Shown: positions 50,661 to 63,490 of the stretch, in pieces
How the letters are laid out: the number at the start of each line of letters is the position of its first letter
Numbering within the stretch: position 1 is the stretch's first letter
Assembly: GCA_965279375.1 (NCBI GenBank)
Contig: OZ257156.1
Span: forward strand, 2,720,001 to 2,784,000
Origin: Gemmatimonas sp.
GTDB taxonomy: Bacteria; Gemmatimonadota; Gemmatimonadetes; Gemmatimonadales; Gemmatimonadaceae
Length of the DNA stretch: 64,000 bases
Direction of reading: 5' to 3'
Position numbers and translations under genes: made by a program
The notes under the pieces: model-generated
What the model saw: the letters and a program-made list of their open reading frames with translations, nothing else
Database searches by the model: none
What the model was told of the DNA's origin: nothing

Positions 50661-51371
50661 ATGACACACACGAACTCCCGTACGACGACACCGTCGGCGA
50701 CGCACGCGACGCGTCCTCGATTCTCCTCGTGGCGCATCGCTGCGGGTGCCGTTGCGCTGATCGTCTCCGTCGGAGGCGAAGCGCAAGCGCAGTCGCGGCC
50801 TATGAGCTTCTTCATCACGAGCGTCGGTCTCGGCGACGGCGCCAATCTTGGCGGACTCGCTGGCGCGGACAAGCACTGTCAGTCGCTCGCGGCGGCGGCT
50901 GGCAGCACCGGCAAGACGTGGCACGCTTACCTGAGTCAGACGGCGAGCGGCGGTCAGAAGGCGGTGAACGCGCGCGATCGCATCGGACCGGGGCCGTGGG
51001 CCAACGCGAAGGGCGTCGTGGTGGCTACGAGCGTGGACGACCTGCACAGCGACAACAACAAGCTCGGCAAGGAGGGAAGCCTGACCGAGAAGGGCGCGAT
51101 GGTGAACGGGCGCGGCGATACGCCCAACACGCACGACATTCTCACTGGCGCGCAGCTCGACGGTAGAGTTTCGTCGGACACGACGGACACCACGTGCAAG
51201 AACTGGACGAGCAACGCCGTCGGCGCAGCATCGGTGGGTCATCATGACCGCCAAGGCGGCGGCACCAACCCGACGTCGTGGAACAACGCGCATCCATCGC
51301 GCGGCTGCAGCCAGGAGAATCTGCGCGGCTCCGGCGGCGCAGGGCTGTTCTACTGCTTCGCGATCAACTGA
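50661..51371 (+). CDS. Secreted endostatin/C-type-lectin-like domain protein
   Basis: Signal peptide; MSFFITS, NLGGLAGADKHCQ, NARDRIG, HDILTG, TCKNWTS, C-terminal FYCFA. Confidence 0.78.
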   Translation: MTHTNSRTTTPSATHATRPRFSSWRIAAGAVALIVSVGGEAQAQSRPMSFFITSVGLGDGANLGGLAGADKHCQSLAAAAGSTGKTWHAYLSQTASGGQKAVNARDRIGPGPWANAKGVVVATSVDDLHSDNNKLGKEGSLTEKGAMVNGRGDTPNTHDILTGAQLDGRVSSDTTDTTCKNWTSNAVGAASVGHHDRQGGGTNPTSWNNAHPSRGCSQENLRGSGGAGLFYCFAIN

Positions 51372-51379
51372 GAAGCGAA

Positions 51380-51404
51380 AGGGCGCCCGAACCTCGGGAG
51401 CCCT
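51380..51404. terminator. Possible terminator between convergent genes
   Basis: AGGGC-g-CCCGA-acc-TCGGG-a-GCCCT, imperfect hairpin. Confidence 0.5.
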
Positions 51405-51430
51405 AACCATCGCTGACTGTGAGCGGGGGG

Positions 51431-53323
51431 CTACTCGCCCCCCGACTCCACATACAGCGCATCAATCATCGGCTTGTACTGCGTGTCCACCACGCGCCGC
51501 TTCACCTTGAGCGTAGGCGTCAGCTCGCCGCGCTCCACCGTAAAGTCGTGCTCCAGCAGCGCGACCTTCTTGGGCGTCTCGAAGTGCGCCAGCCCCGTGA
51601 GTTGCTTGGCCACTTCCTTCTCCATCTTCGCGTGAATCGTCGGCATCTTGAGTAACTCGGCGCGCGACGTCCACACGATCCCCTGGCGACCGGCCCACGC
51701 CTCGAGCTGATCCCAGTTCGGCACGACGAGCACCACCGGGAACTTGCGCTTGTCGCCGATCATCACCGCCTGCGAGACGTACTTGTTCGTCTTGAGCAGA
51801 TTCTCGATTGGCTGCGGTGCGATGTTCTTGCCGCCGGCGGTGACGATGATGTCCTTCTTGCGATCGGTGATCGCGAGGAATCCGTCACGCAACTCACCGA
51901 TGTCGCCTGTGTGGAACCATCCGTCCTGATCGATGGCGTCCTTGGTGGCGTCAGGGTTGTTGTAGTAGCCCTTCATGATGTGCGGCCCGCGTGACAGGAT
52001 CTCTCCGTCTGCCGCGATCATCACTTCCACACCCGCGATCGGCTTGCCGACGGTGCCGATGCGGAAGTGTACCTGATTGTTGGCCGCAATCACCGGCGAT
52101 GTTTCCGTCAGGCCGTAGCCTTCGAGAATGACGAGCCCCGCCGCATAGAAGAACTTCGCAATGTCCTGCGACAGCGGCGCGCCGCCGGAGACGAAGAAGC
52201 GCAGGTTGCCACCTACACGTGCCTGCAGCTTGGAGAAGACGAGCTTGTTGGCGAGGCTGTACTGCATCGCCAGCAAGCCGCCGGGTTCGCGTCCCGCAAA
52301 TTTCTCTTCAGCCCAGCGTTCGCCAACGTTCTTGGCCCAGAAGAAGATCTGCTTCTTGACCGCGCCGCTGCTGACGGCGTTCTCCACCACGCGGGCATAG
52401 ATCTTTTCGTACAGTCGCGGCACCGACATCATCAGCGACGGCTTCACCTCCGACATGTTCATCGGCACCGTGTCGATCGACTCGGCGTACGAGATCTTCA
52501 CGCCATTGGCGAACAGGTAGTAGTCACCGGTGCGCTCGAAGATGTGGCTCAGCGGCAGGAAGCTGAGCGCGCTGTCTTTCGACGTCACTGGCATCGATGC
52601 GACGGTCGCAACCACGTTCGAGTGCAGGTTGTCCTGCGTGAGCATCACGCCCTTGGGATTGCCTGTGGTGCCCGACGTGTAGATCAGCGTGATCAACTGG
52701 TCCGGGCTCACGGCAAGCGCGTCGCGCTTGAACTGTTCGGCGCGCGACGGCGAATCATCCTGCGCGCCCATCGCTTCCAGTTCCGCGAGAGTCAGATCGC
52801 AGCCGTCGCCCTTGGTCGCGGCGAGCCCGATGATCCACTGCAGCCCCGGCGCTTCCGCGCGGACCGACGCGATCTTCTTCGCCTGATCGGCGGTGGACAC
52901 GAAAATCGCGCGCGCGCCGCAGTCGTTGAGGAGATACGGAATCTGCGCTGCGGGCAGCGTCGGATAGACGGGGACGTCCGTGACGGAGGAGCAGAGGCAC
53001 GCATAGTCGGCAATCACCCACTCGGGGCGATTCTCCGACAGAATCGCGACGCGATCGTGCGCGACGATGCCGAGCCGAGCGAGTCCGAGCGCCGTGCGAC
53101 GCACGCGCTCCAGCACGGTGCGGTGCGAGATCGGCTCCCAGACGCCGCGCACCTTGGAGACCAGTGCATCGGGCCGGTCGTAGCGCTCGATCGCGTCGAA
53201 GAAGAGCCGGTTGATCGTGCCAGGCGCAGGGCGAGGACCGCCGCTGACGTAGCGTGCAGGAGAGGGAACGGCGCCCATGGTCAGGTTGAGCGGGGGAATG
53301 GCGGGAACCGCGACCGAAGTCAT
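51431..53323 (-). CDS. fadD: Long-chain fatty acid-CoA ligase (AMP-forming)
   Basis: YTSGTTGNPKGV, LPLSHIFE, EGYGLTE, FHTGDIG, DRKKD, GELTPTLK. GGAGG RBS before ATG 53323. Confidence 0.92.
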   Translation of the reverse strand: MTSVAVPAIPPLNLTMGAVPSPARYVSGGPRPAPGTINRLFFDAIERYDRPDALVSKVRGVWEPISHRTVLERVRRTALGLARLGIVAHDRVAILSENRPEWVIADYACLCSSVTDVPVYPTLPAAQIPYLLNDCGARAIFVSTADQAKKIASVRAEAPGLQWIIGLAATKGDGCDLTLAELEAMGAQDDSPSRAEQFKRDALAVSPDQLITLIYTSGTTGNPKGVMLTQDNLHSNVVATVASMPVTSKDSALSFLPLSHIFERTGDYYLFANGVKISYAESIDTVPMNMSEVKPSLMMSVPRLYEKIYARVVENAVSSGAVKKQIFFWAKNVGERWAEEKFAGREPGGLLAMQYSLANKLVFSKLQARVGGNLRFFVSGGAPLSQDIAKFFYAAGLVILEGYGLTETSPVIAANNQVHFRIGTVGKPIAGVEVMIAADGEILSRGPHIMKGYYNNPDATKDAIDQDGWFHTGDIGELRDGFLAITDRKKDIIVTAGGKNIAPQPIENLLKTNKYVSQAVMIGDKRKFPVVLVVPNWDQLEAWAGRQGIVWTSRAELLKMPTIHAKMEKEVAKQLTGLAHFETPKKVALLEHDFTVERGELTPTLKVKRRVVDTQYKPMIDALYVESGGE

Positions 53324-53483
53324 CGCTGCCTCCGAGGAGGGCGGAAGGACACACTGGCGGGGCAGAGGGCTCATCGGCGACAATAGGTCGTACGCGGCCC
53401 GGGAGGGATACCGGAAACTGCTGCCACGAGCGGCCGGGCGGGAGTGCCAGCCCCGGCACGCGCGCGAGGAGGCGGCTGGGGGC

Positions 53484-54344
53484 CTAGCTGCCGCGACGCA
53501 CGGGGAGCGCCAGGCGGATCGGTGACCCCTTGAGCGGGACCCCTTTGTACGACACGATCGCGCGAACCACCACGGTATCCGTCGTGATCCCTGCCGACGG
53601 GAATCGCTGTGCCCGCACCCGCACTTTTCGACCAGCGGTACCGCTCGCGTCCGTGGTGTCGAACACCGACGCGCGCCCCTGATCGTCCACGAGGTACGCG
53701 GCGAACGAGGTGTCGTTGGTGGGGTTGGCCGGTGAGATGATCTCGAAGCGGACCGGCCACGCGTTGACGCCCTCGTACGCCGTCGTCACGCTGTCGCGAT
53801 GGCGCACCGTGACGTTGAGCAGCGGCGACGCATTCGAATTCGCCTGAATACGACCGGTATCCGGCAACGTGGTCGTGAAGAGGGAGATGGTGCCCTGTCC
53901 ACTGCGGTCCACCGAGTCGGGCCGCGTCGTCACCGCGAGGGTGCGCAGCACCTGCAGCGACGCGCCGACGCGCGCTGCGAGTCGGCCGTCGGTGGTGGCC
54001 GCGCGAACGGCCCGCACGATTCCAGTCATCGTGTCCACCACCAGCGCACTGTCTCGGCGGAAGTCCGCAGAGAGGTAGCGAATCGGTGCATCGGGAATGA
54101 TGTCGCCTCGACCGTTGCGCACGATCGCGCGGATCGGGGTGACGACGCCGGCCACGTTGCGCAGCGTGTCGCCGAGCACCACCGAAGGCGAGGGATAGGG
54201 CGACAGCTCGATCGCTGCAGCCTCATCCGGTCCGGTGCTCACGTCGGCACAGGCGGCGATTACGGTCGTCACGGCGACGCCTGCCAGCAGGAGCACGCGC
54301 ACACCGCGGGGCGTCACCCGTCTCGTCGTCCGTCCCGTCATCAT
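53484..54344 (-). CDS. Hypothetical beta-rich lipoprotein
   Basis: Basic N-terminus, hydrophobic stretch, lipobox IAAC; Thr/Val-rich strands. Confidence 0.72.
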   Translation of the reverse strand: MMTGRTTRRVTPRGVRVLLLAGVAVTTVIAACADVSTGPDEAAAIELSPYPSPSVVLGDTLRNVAGVVTPIRAIVRNGRGDIIPDAPIRYLSADFRRDSALVVDTMTGIVRAVRAATTDGRLAARVGASLQVLRTLAVTTRPDSVDRSGQGTISLFTTTLPDTGRIQANSNASPLLNVTVRHRDSVTTAYEGVNAWPVRFEIISPANPTNDTSFAAYLVDDQGRASVFDTTDASGTAGRKVRVRAQRFPSAGITTDTVVVRAIVSYKGVPLKGSPIRLALPVRRGS

Positions 54345-54434
54345 CGCAGCGTCCGTAGCATCCGCGTAACCCCGAGCGTCGTCACGGCGTGCACTACCCC
54401 GCGCACGATGCGTCGATCCCCGGCGACGGCTCGA

Positions 54435-55202
54435 TCACGCGAACCGCTCGGCCAGACGCATCGCCAGGTTCACGTACGCTTGGCTCGCGGGGTCGGCCGG
54501 GTTGCGCAGGACGACAGGCTGTCCGGCGGCGAACGCGTCGGCAGTGGCAGGCGTACGCGGCACCGGCACATCGAAGACGAGATGCTTGGGGAGATGCTCG
54601 CGCACGTAGTGCACCACGCGCTCCGTGGCCGGGTTGCCTGCCTCGTACATCGTCAGCAGGATCCCTTCGAGCGTCAGCTCCTCGTTCTCGGCGATCATGT
54701 CCTGAATCGCGCGCAGAATCTGCGGCGTGGTCTGCAGCGCCAGCGGCTCGCACTGCAGTGGCACCACGACGTGCTGGCTGGCCGCGAGAACACGGCGCGT
54801 GATCGCGCCGAGCCCGGGGGGCGTGTCGACGACCACAACGTGGCAGCGTTCGCGTGCGGTCTGCAGCAGGTCATGCAGCACCGTGCTTTCGCCGATGCGG
54901 CGCTGAAAGCCCGAGTGGTCGGCCTGTTCGCTGACACTGCCCGCGAGGATGACGCGAAGCCACGGCAACGCCGTCGGGAGGATGACTTCGCGCAGTGTAC
55001 GCTCACCGCGCAGATAGTCGTCGAATCCGACCGTCGGATGGCCGCGACGCAGCCCCACGCCGTAGCGCACCGCACCCTGCGGATCGGCGTCCACCAGCAG
55101 CGTCTTTAGGCCGCGTCGCGCAAAGGCGGCCGCCAGGTTCACTGCCGTCGTGGTCTTGCCGACTCCGCCCTTCTGACTGACGATAGAAAGCACGCGTCCC
55201 AC
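54435..55202 (-). CDS. ParA/Soj-family ATPase (no adjacent parB)
   Basis: [34 protein letters not shown] start 55202 lies just after the TPR stop. Confidence 0.92.
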   Translation of the reverse strand: MGRVLSIVSQKGGVGKTTTAVNLAAAFARRGLKTLLVDADPQGAVRYGVGLRRGHPTVGFDDYLRGERTLREVILPTALPWLRVILAGSVSEQADHSGFQRRIGESTVLHDLLQTARERCHVVVVDTPPGLGAITRRVLAASQHVVVPLQCEPLALQTTPQILRAIQDMIAENEELTLEGILLTMYEAGNPATERVVHYVREHLPKHLVFDVPVPRTPATADAFAAGQPVVLRNPADPASQAYVNLAMRLAERFA

Positions 55203-55203
55203 G

Positions 55204-55707
55204 TCAGCCCTCAGCGTCATTCGAACCGTGATCCGCCGCGCCGTCCGAGCCATCGTCGTGCGCGGCGGAATCCGCCGACTCGTGCGACATGCCGCGCAAG
55301 CGATCGAGCGTGCGTTCCGCGTGTGCGCGGAATCGCTGCGATGCCTCGTCCGAACCAGTGCTGTTGCGCAGAAATGCCTCGAGGTGCATGCCGGCATGCG
55401 CCGTGTCGCTGCGCTTGAGCAGCAGGAACGCCAGTCCGTAATGCGCACCGGCGAGATCGGGATCGATCTGCAATGCGCGACGATACGCGCGAATCGCTTC
55501 CTCGGGTTGCCCCGTCTTCGAGAACGCGATCGCGATGTTCTGCAGCACGCGCAAATCGTCGGGGTGCTCTCTGAGCGCGAGACGATAACTCGTCAACGCG
55601 TTCGGAAAGTCTCCGCGCGACTCGAGGTCGAGAGCTTCAGCGAGGAAGTCCGTAGGGCGCGAACCGCGCCCGGACGTACCGCCCACAAGGCGGCGCCACC
55701 AAGTCAT
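55204..55707 (-). CDS. Tetratricopeptide repeat protein
   Basis: [38 protein letters not shown]. Confidence 0.88.
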   Translation of the reverse strand: MTWWRRLVGGTSGRGSRPTDFLAEALDLESRGDFPNALTSYRLALREHPDDLRVLQNIAIAFSKTGQPEEAIRAYRRALQIDPDLAGAHYGLAFLLLKRSDTAHAGMHLEAFLRNSTGSDEASQRFRAHAERTLDRLRGMSHESADSAAHDDGSDGAADHGSNDAEG

Positions 55708-55919
55708 GCGCTCGCGGTGGATCGGAGAGGGAGAAAGTGTACGACAAGCGGATCGCGCTAACCTATCGGTCCGTCACGTTCACAACAAGTCGGAATCGAC
55801 ACCCCAACGTGGCGCAGCTGACACATGCGGCACGCATCATCGGTCTGCACGCCGCGAATGCGCGCTGGTCTCCGCAGTGGCTTCGCGCTACACTGCCAGT
55901 ACCCTCACTGGAGCTGACC

Positions 55920-56450
55920 ATGGCATCGCGACTGCCCTACGCACCCGATCTCTCCAAAGGCGTCCTCGTCGTCGACTGGCCGCTCTTCGGCGAGCTATCC
56001 CGCGCGTTGGCCCTCAAGGTCGCGCGCGCCTGGACTCCGGAAGTCGTGGTCGGAATTGCCACGGCAGGCGTCGTTCCCGGTGCAGCGGTCGCCGCCATTC
56101 TCGATCTGCCATTCCACTCCATCCTCGTCTCGCGCCGCTATAGCGCCGAGCGGGTCCGTGCGACGCCGGCCGTCTTTGGGGCCGCGCCGACGGAGGTCAG
56201 AGGCAAGCGCGCGCTCATCGTCGATGAGACTTGTGGCTCAGGCGATACGCTGCGTCTCGCGGTCGGCGCGCTGATCAACGCGGGCGCCAAGGAAGTGCTG
56301 ACGGCGGTGTCCTTCAAGACGGGGACGTTCGAGCCGGACTTTCATGCCCTCGCCACCGAAGCCAACATCGTCCTGCCGTGGGACCGCGAGATCCTCGTCG
56401 GTGACGAGCTCCGCCCCAATCCCAAATACGCCGGGATGCTGGCCGACTAG
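55920..56450 (+). CDS. Type I phosphoribosyltransferase-family protein
   Basis: VVGIATAG, PRPP loop LIVDETCGSGDT, IVLPWD. GGAG RBS before ATG 55920. Confidence 0.88.
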   Translation: MASRLPYAPDLSKGVLVVDWPLFGELSRALALKVARAWTPEVVVGIATAGVVPGAAVAAILDLPFHSILVSRRYSAERVRATPAVFGAAPTEVRGKRALIVDETCGSGDTLRLAVGALINAGAKEVLTAVSFKTGTFEPDFHALATEANIVLPWDREILVGDELRPNPKYAGMLAD

Positions 56451-56459
56451 CGAGCGCGC

Positions 56460-57005
56460 TCAGGCGCTCGCGGCGGCGGCTTCGTAGGAGATACCGCGGC
56501 CCATCGCTTCGTGCACGTACCCCAGCACGTCGCCCGACCCCAGCAGGAACCGGCAGCGCGACTCGCCCTGCGCCCGGCACTCCACTTCCAGCACGGCGAT
56601 CGGCGCTTCGGCCAGACGCCCAAAGAAGCCCGAGAAGAGACCGGTGGAGACCAGGCAGCCCACGCTGCCGCCGTCCGCCTCGCTCCACTGGTCCGCGTCG
56701 ATCGCGATCACGGCGTCGCTGAGCTGCGTGAGGTAGATCTCCCCCCACCCCGAGACGGCGAAGAATTCCCGGACCAGCGCGGAGAATCGCGAGTCTTCCA
56801 GCGACTCCGGACCGTACTCGCCGCGGAACGACAGCCATGTGGCAAAGCTGTCGTACAGCGCCGAGCCGGCGTGGTAGCCCGCGTCGCGGATCGCTTCGGC
56901 ACCAGCGGGCGCAGACGGGTCCACGGCCATGCCATGCAGGGCCGTCAGGAACTCGACCGGCATCGCAACCGTGCGCGTCGTCAGGAAAGGCAGCATTGAG
57001 CTCAT
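56460..57005 (-). CDS. Stand-alone V4R-domain protein
   Basis: DAGYHAG, SGWG, GCLVSTGLFSG, EVECRAQGESRCRF. Confidence 0.85.
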   Translation of the reverse strand: MSSMLPFLTTRTVAMPVEFLTALHGMAVDPSAPAGAEAIRDAGYHAGSALYDSFATWLSFRGEYGPESLEDSRFSALVREFFAVSGWGEIYLTQLSDAVIAIDADQWSEADGGSVGCLVSTGLFSGFFGRLAEAPIAVLEVECRAQGESRCRFLLGSGDVLGYVHEAMGRGISYEAAAASA

Positions 57006-57041
57006 GTGTGATTCAGACGCTCGCCTAGTGGGCGCGTCACG

Positions 57042-59416
<2,375 letters not shown>

Positions 59417-59565
59417 CTGACCACGAGTGCTCGCAACACGCGCCACTGCGTGCGCGTGTTGCGATGAACTCTCTGCACTGAACGAGAAGCGCGTCGAAAC
59501 GCGTAAGTTGCAGCCGTTGTGTTCGCCAAGCGAAGCAACTTCGCGCGTGGTATGTTGGCTGCACT

Positions 59566-60897
59566 ATGCTGGCACGCACTCTGATTGAACGAAAGCGCGA
59601 CAACGGGCGCATCACTGCGTCCGAATGGCGCACGCTGATGAAGCAATACGCCGCCGACGAGGTGCCGGACTATCAGATGTCCGCGCTCGCGATGGCGATC
59701 TATTTCAACGGACTCGATCGCGACGAGATCGGCGCGCTCACCGACGCCATGCTGCACAGTGGTGCGGCGCTCGATCTGTCGCACATGCGCATGGCGCGCG
59801 TGGACAAGCACTCCACCGGCGGTGTCGGCGACAAGGTGTCGCTCGTTCTTGCACCGCTCGTCGCTTCGCTTGGCGTGGCCGTCCCCATGATGTCTGGCCG
59901 CGGGCTCGGCCACACCGGTGGCACGCTCGACAAGCTCGAGTCCATTCCGGGCTTTCGTACCAAGCTCACACTCGCCGCGGCCACCAAGCTGCTCGACACG
60001 ATCGGCTGCGCGCTCATCGGGCAGTCGCAGGAGATCGCGCCCGCCGATCGACGCCTCTATGCGCTCCGTGATGCGACTGCCACCGTTGAGAGCATTCCGC
60101 TCATCAGCGCGAGCATCATGTCCAAGAAGCTCGCCGAGGGTCTCACAGGCCTCGTGCTCGATGTGAAGCGCGGCTCCGGCGCCTTTCTCCCCGAGCTCGA
60201 CCGCGACCTCGAGCTCGCGCGCACCATGATCGACATTGGCGCCGACCACGGCTGCCCGGTGATCGCGCTGATCACAGCGATGGATCGGCCGCTCGGCCGC
60301 GCCTGCGGCAATGCGCTCGAGGTGGAAGAGTCCATCATGGCGCTCCGCGGTGAGGGCCCGCCCGACCTGATGGCGGTCACCTACGCGCTGGGCGCGGAGA
60401 TGCTGGTGCTCGGCGGGGCCGCGCACGATCGCGACGATGCACGGCGACGCATGGAAGTCGCCATCTCGAGCGGCAAGGCGGCCCGCAAGTTCCAGGAGGT
60501 CATCAAGGCGCAGGGGGGAAACCCTGCCGTTGTGGACGATCCGTCGCTGCTGCCACAGGCCGACGAGTGCGAGCTGTTCTTCGCGCCCAAGGATGGCGTC
60601 ATCGCCCAAGTCGAGCCGCGCGCCATCGGACGCGGCATCACCGCGCTCGGCGGCGGGCGCACCAAAGTCTCGGACACCATCGATCCAACAGTGGGCTTCG
60701 TGATCACCGCTCGCCCCGGGGACATCGTCCGCGCCGGCGAGCCGCTGGCCACCGTCTTTGCCAACGACCGGCGGGGTGTCGACCAGGGGCTGGCAGTGCT
60801 GCGAGCCGCCATTCGTATCGCTGAGGAGGCCGAGCCGCCGCTGCCATTGATCTCGCACCGCGTGACCGAGGCCGGCGTCGAGTTGTACGAGCTCTAG
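59566..60897 (+). CDS. pdp: Thymidine/pyrimidine-nucleoside phosphorylase
   Basis: DYQMSA, DKHSTGGVGDK, SGRGLGHTGGTLDKLE, ASIMSKK. Confidence 0.95.
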   Translation: MLARTLIERKRDNGRITASEWRTLMKQYAADEVPDYQMSALAMAIYFNGLDRDEIGALTDAMLHSGAALDLSHMRMARVDKHSTGGVGDKVSLVLAPLVASLGVAVPMMSGRGLGHTGGTLDKLESIPGFRTKLTLAAATKLLDTIGCALIGQSQEIAPADRRLYALRDATATVESIPLISASIMSKKLAEGLTGLVLDVKRGSGAFLPELDRDLELARTMIDIGADHGCPVIALITAMDRPLGRACGNALEVEESIMALRGEGPPDLMAVTYALGAEMLVLGGAAHDRDDARRRMEVAISSGKAARKFQEVIKAQGGNPAVVDDPSLLPQADECELFFAPKDGVIAQVEPRAIGRGITALGGGRTKVSDTIDPTVGFVITARPGDIVRAGEPLATVFANDRRGVDQGLAVLRAAIRIAEEAEPPLPLISHRVTEAGVELYEL

Positions 60898-61085
60898 ACC
60901 GGACGTCGCGCGTCGGCGAGGCTACTGGGCGACGGCGGCGCGCGGGGGGTAGCTCGGCCTCGGGAACTCTGGGTCGGGCACTCCCCGTTGGCTTGCCAGT
61001 GGGATATTTTGCCTCTCGTCTCGTGGGCCAGTCAGTACCGGTCCCGCACTTCCACCGCGTCCAGCGCCTCCCGGTCGACCGCCCG

Positions 61086-61331
61086 ATGATCTCTCCCGGA
61101 ATGAATCGCCTGCTCAGCCTCGTCTTTGCCGCTGCGGTCCTGCCGCTGCTCGGACTCTACGGCATCCTGATCAAGGCCGCGCTCCCGACGCCGACTGGCG
61201 GCATGGAAACCACCGTTGCGACCGTCTGCGTCATTGCCTTCACTGTGATCTTCGCGGCGCTCATCACGGTCTCGCTCAACTTCTCTCGCCAGCTGTCGCG
61301 CCAGGCGAAGGGCGATCTGACGACTCCGTAG
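61086..61331 (+). CDS. Small two-TM membrane protein
   Basis: Two hydrophobic helices flanking PTPTGG. Start estimated at ATG 61086. Confidence 0.65.
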   Translation: MISPGMNRLLSLVFAAAVLPLLGLYGILIKAALPTPTGGMETTVATVCVIAFTVIFAALITVSLNFSRQLSRQAKGDLTTP

Positions 61332-61556
61332 TTCGCGGTGGTCGCGCGTCCACCGGGCGCTGCGATGAAGCGTTACGCCAGCGCGGTGACCTCACGGTCA
61401 CCGCGCTTTTTTCTTCAGCCAACGAACAATTGCAGTCGTCTTGGGACGGATGGGGTTCGCGTCAACTCGTGTGTAGTTGAAGCAGGTGCAAAACCAACCT
61501 GTCTGGGTCCGACTACTCGCGACGCCGACGCCCGACCCGCAAAAGGAATGGCCGAC

Positions 61557-63338
61557 ATGAGTACGAACTCACGAATAGAGCATGCCGGTCGCGCACGGAT
61601 GTGCGCGCGCACTGCGGCGGTCCTCGCGCTCGTCGTCCTCGCGCTCTCGGCGTGTTCGTCCACCGACTCCTCGAGCACCTCGGACTTGGTGGTCGACCCG
61701 AACCCGCCGGTCTCCGAGCCGGTGTCGGTTGTCGTGCCCAACGGCGGACAGCAAGCCACTGTGGGTGTTCCGTTCAGCTACGATGCCACGCAGAATGGCG
61801 CGGCGTTCAAGGACCCGCGCGGCGGTGGTCTCGTGTACGCAGTCAGCTTCGCGCCCACAGCCAACGGGCTCAATGCCACTGCCGGGCGAATCAGCGGTGT
61901 GCCGAATGCTGCGGGCGTCGTCACCGCCACGATCGCAGCCACCGACATTCTCGGACGCACGGCGACCAACAGCTTTGCCATCACAGTAGCCGCTGCGCCC
62001 GTTGCGGCGCCGGTGGCGCTGGTCTCCGCGAATGCGCCGCAGGGCGCCACGGTGGGCGCGTCGTTCAGCTACGACGCCACCAAAGCAGGTGCAGCGTTCA
62101 ACGGCACGGGGCTCAGCTACGCGGTCGCATTCACGCCGAGTGCCAACGGGCTGTCGGCAGCGAATGGACGCATTGTCGGCGCACCAACGGCCGCCGGCAC
62201 GATCACGGTGACAATCGTTGCGACTGATGCGGCGGGCAACGTCGCGACGAACGCATTTCCCATCGTGGCGTTCAGCAACGATCTCGTGGCACCGGTGCTA
62301 CCCGCCGCGCTCTTGGCCTACTCCGACGCACGCGCGCCGTTGCCGCGGCACTACACACAGGCCGCACCCAACGCCGGAAGTCCGGCGGGCGCCGACAATA
62401 CGCCGGCGAACAACATCACTTCCGATGCGGGTGCGACGCTCGGGCGCGTGCTGTTCTACGATCGTCGCTTGTCGGTGAACGATCGTGTTTCGTGCGCGTC
62501 GTGCCATCAGCAGCAGTTTGCATTCTCCGACACCGCGCGACTGAGCCGCGGTTTTGCCGGCGCGTCCACGGGGCGGCACAGCATGGGGCTCGCGAACGCG
62601 CGCTTCTACAATCGCGGACGCTTCTTCTGGGATGAGCGCGCGGCCAGCCTCGAGGCGCAGGTGCTGCTGCCAATTCAGGACGCCGCCGAGATGGGTATGA
62701 CGCTCGACCTCGCGCGCACCAAGCTCTCGCTCACGTCATACTACGGCCCGCTCTTCACGGCGGCCTTCGGCACACCCGAGGTCACCGCTGACCGCGTGTC
62801 ACTCGCACTGGCGCAGTTCGTCCGATCGATGGTGTCCACCACCTCAAAATTCGATCAGGCCTTCGGCCCCAACGGCGTTCCCGACTTCGCGGGCACCTTC
62901 ACGGCGCAGGAGCTGGCGGGGCAGACGCTCTACAACGGTCGTGCCGGTTGCGCACGCTGCCACGGCACCAACGCGCACATCAGCGACGACATTCACAACA
63001 CCGGGCTCGACGCCACCATCACCGATGTCGGCGCAGGCGGCGGTCGCTTCAAGGCGCCGTCGCTGCGCAACGTGGCGGTGCGTGCGCCGTACATGCACGA
63101 CGGCCGCTTCAGCACACTGGCGCAGGTGATCGAGTTCTACAACTCCGGCGTGCAGCCCAACCCCAATCTTGACGGTCGTCTGCAGGCGGGCGGTGGTGGT
63201 CGCGGCGGCGGAGCGCCGGCGCCGCTGCGTCTCAACCTGACGCAGGCAGAGAAGGACGCGCTCGTGGCGTTCCTGGGCACCTTCACCGATCAGCAGTTTC
63301 TCACCGATCCTCGATTGGCGAACCCGTTTCTTCGCTGA
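61557..63338 (+). CDS. Lipoprotein di-heme cytochrome c peroxidase (CcpA/MauG family) with two Ig-like repeats
   Basis: Lipobox LSAC; LGRVLFYDRRLS, CASCH, FFWDER, CARCH, FKAPSLRNV...APYMHDG. Confidence 0.9.
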   Translation: MSTNSRIEHAGRARMCARTAAVLALVVLALSACSSTDSSSTSDLVVDPNPPVSEPVSVVVPNGGQQATVGVPFSYDATQNGAAFKDPRGGGLVYAVSFAPTANGLNATAGRISGVPNAAGVVTATIAATDILGRTATNSFAITVAAAPVAAPVALVSANAPQGATVGASFSYDATKAGAAFNGTGLSYAVAFTPSANGLSAANGRIVGAPTAAGTITVTIVATDAAGNVATNAFPIVAFSNDLVAPVLPAALLAYSDARAPLPRHYTQAAPNAGSPAGADNTPANNITSDAGATLGRVLFYDRRLSVNDRVSCASCHQQQFAFSDTARLSRGFAGASTGRHSMGLANARFYNRGRFFWDERAASLEAQVLLPIQDAAEMGMTLDLARTKLSLTSYYGPLFTAAFGTPEVTADRVSLALAQFVRSMVSTTSKFDQAFGPNGVPDFAGTFTAQELAGQTLYNGRAGCARCHGTNAHISDDIHNTGLDATITDVGAGGGRFKAPSLRNVAVRAPYMHDGRFSTLAQVIEFYNSGVQPNPNLDGRLQAGGGGRGGGAPAPLRLNLTQAEKDALVAFLGTFTDQQFLTDPRLANPFLR

Positions 63339-63490
63339 TCGCTCGGCGCTGATCGCCCGGCGCTGCGCGCGCGTCATGGCGAGGGGGAGGTTTCTGCGGC
63401 ATACTCTGCAACTGTTCGTCGTGCCGCATCGGAGGACATCCGAGCGCCCACAACGACGAGTGTGTTCGATCCCTTCCCGCGCGCGCCTGT

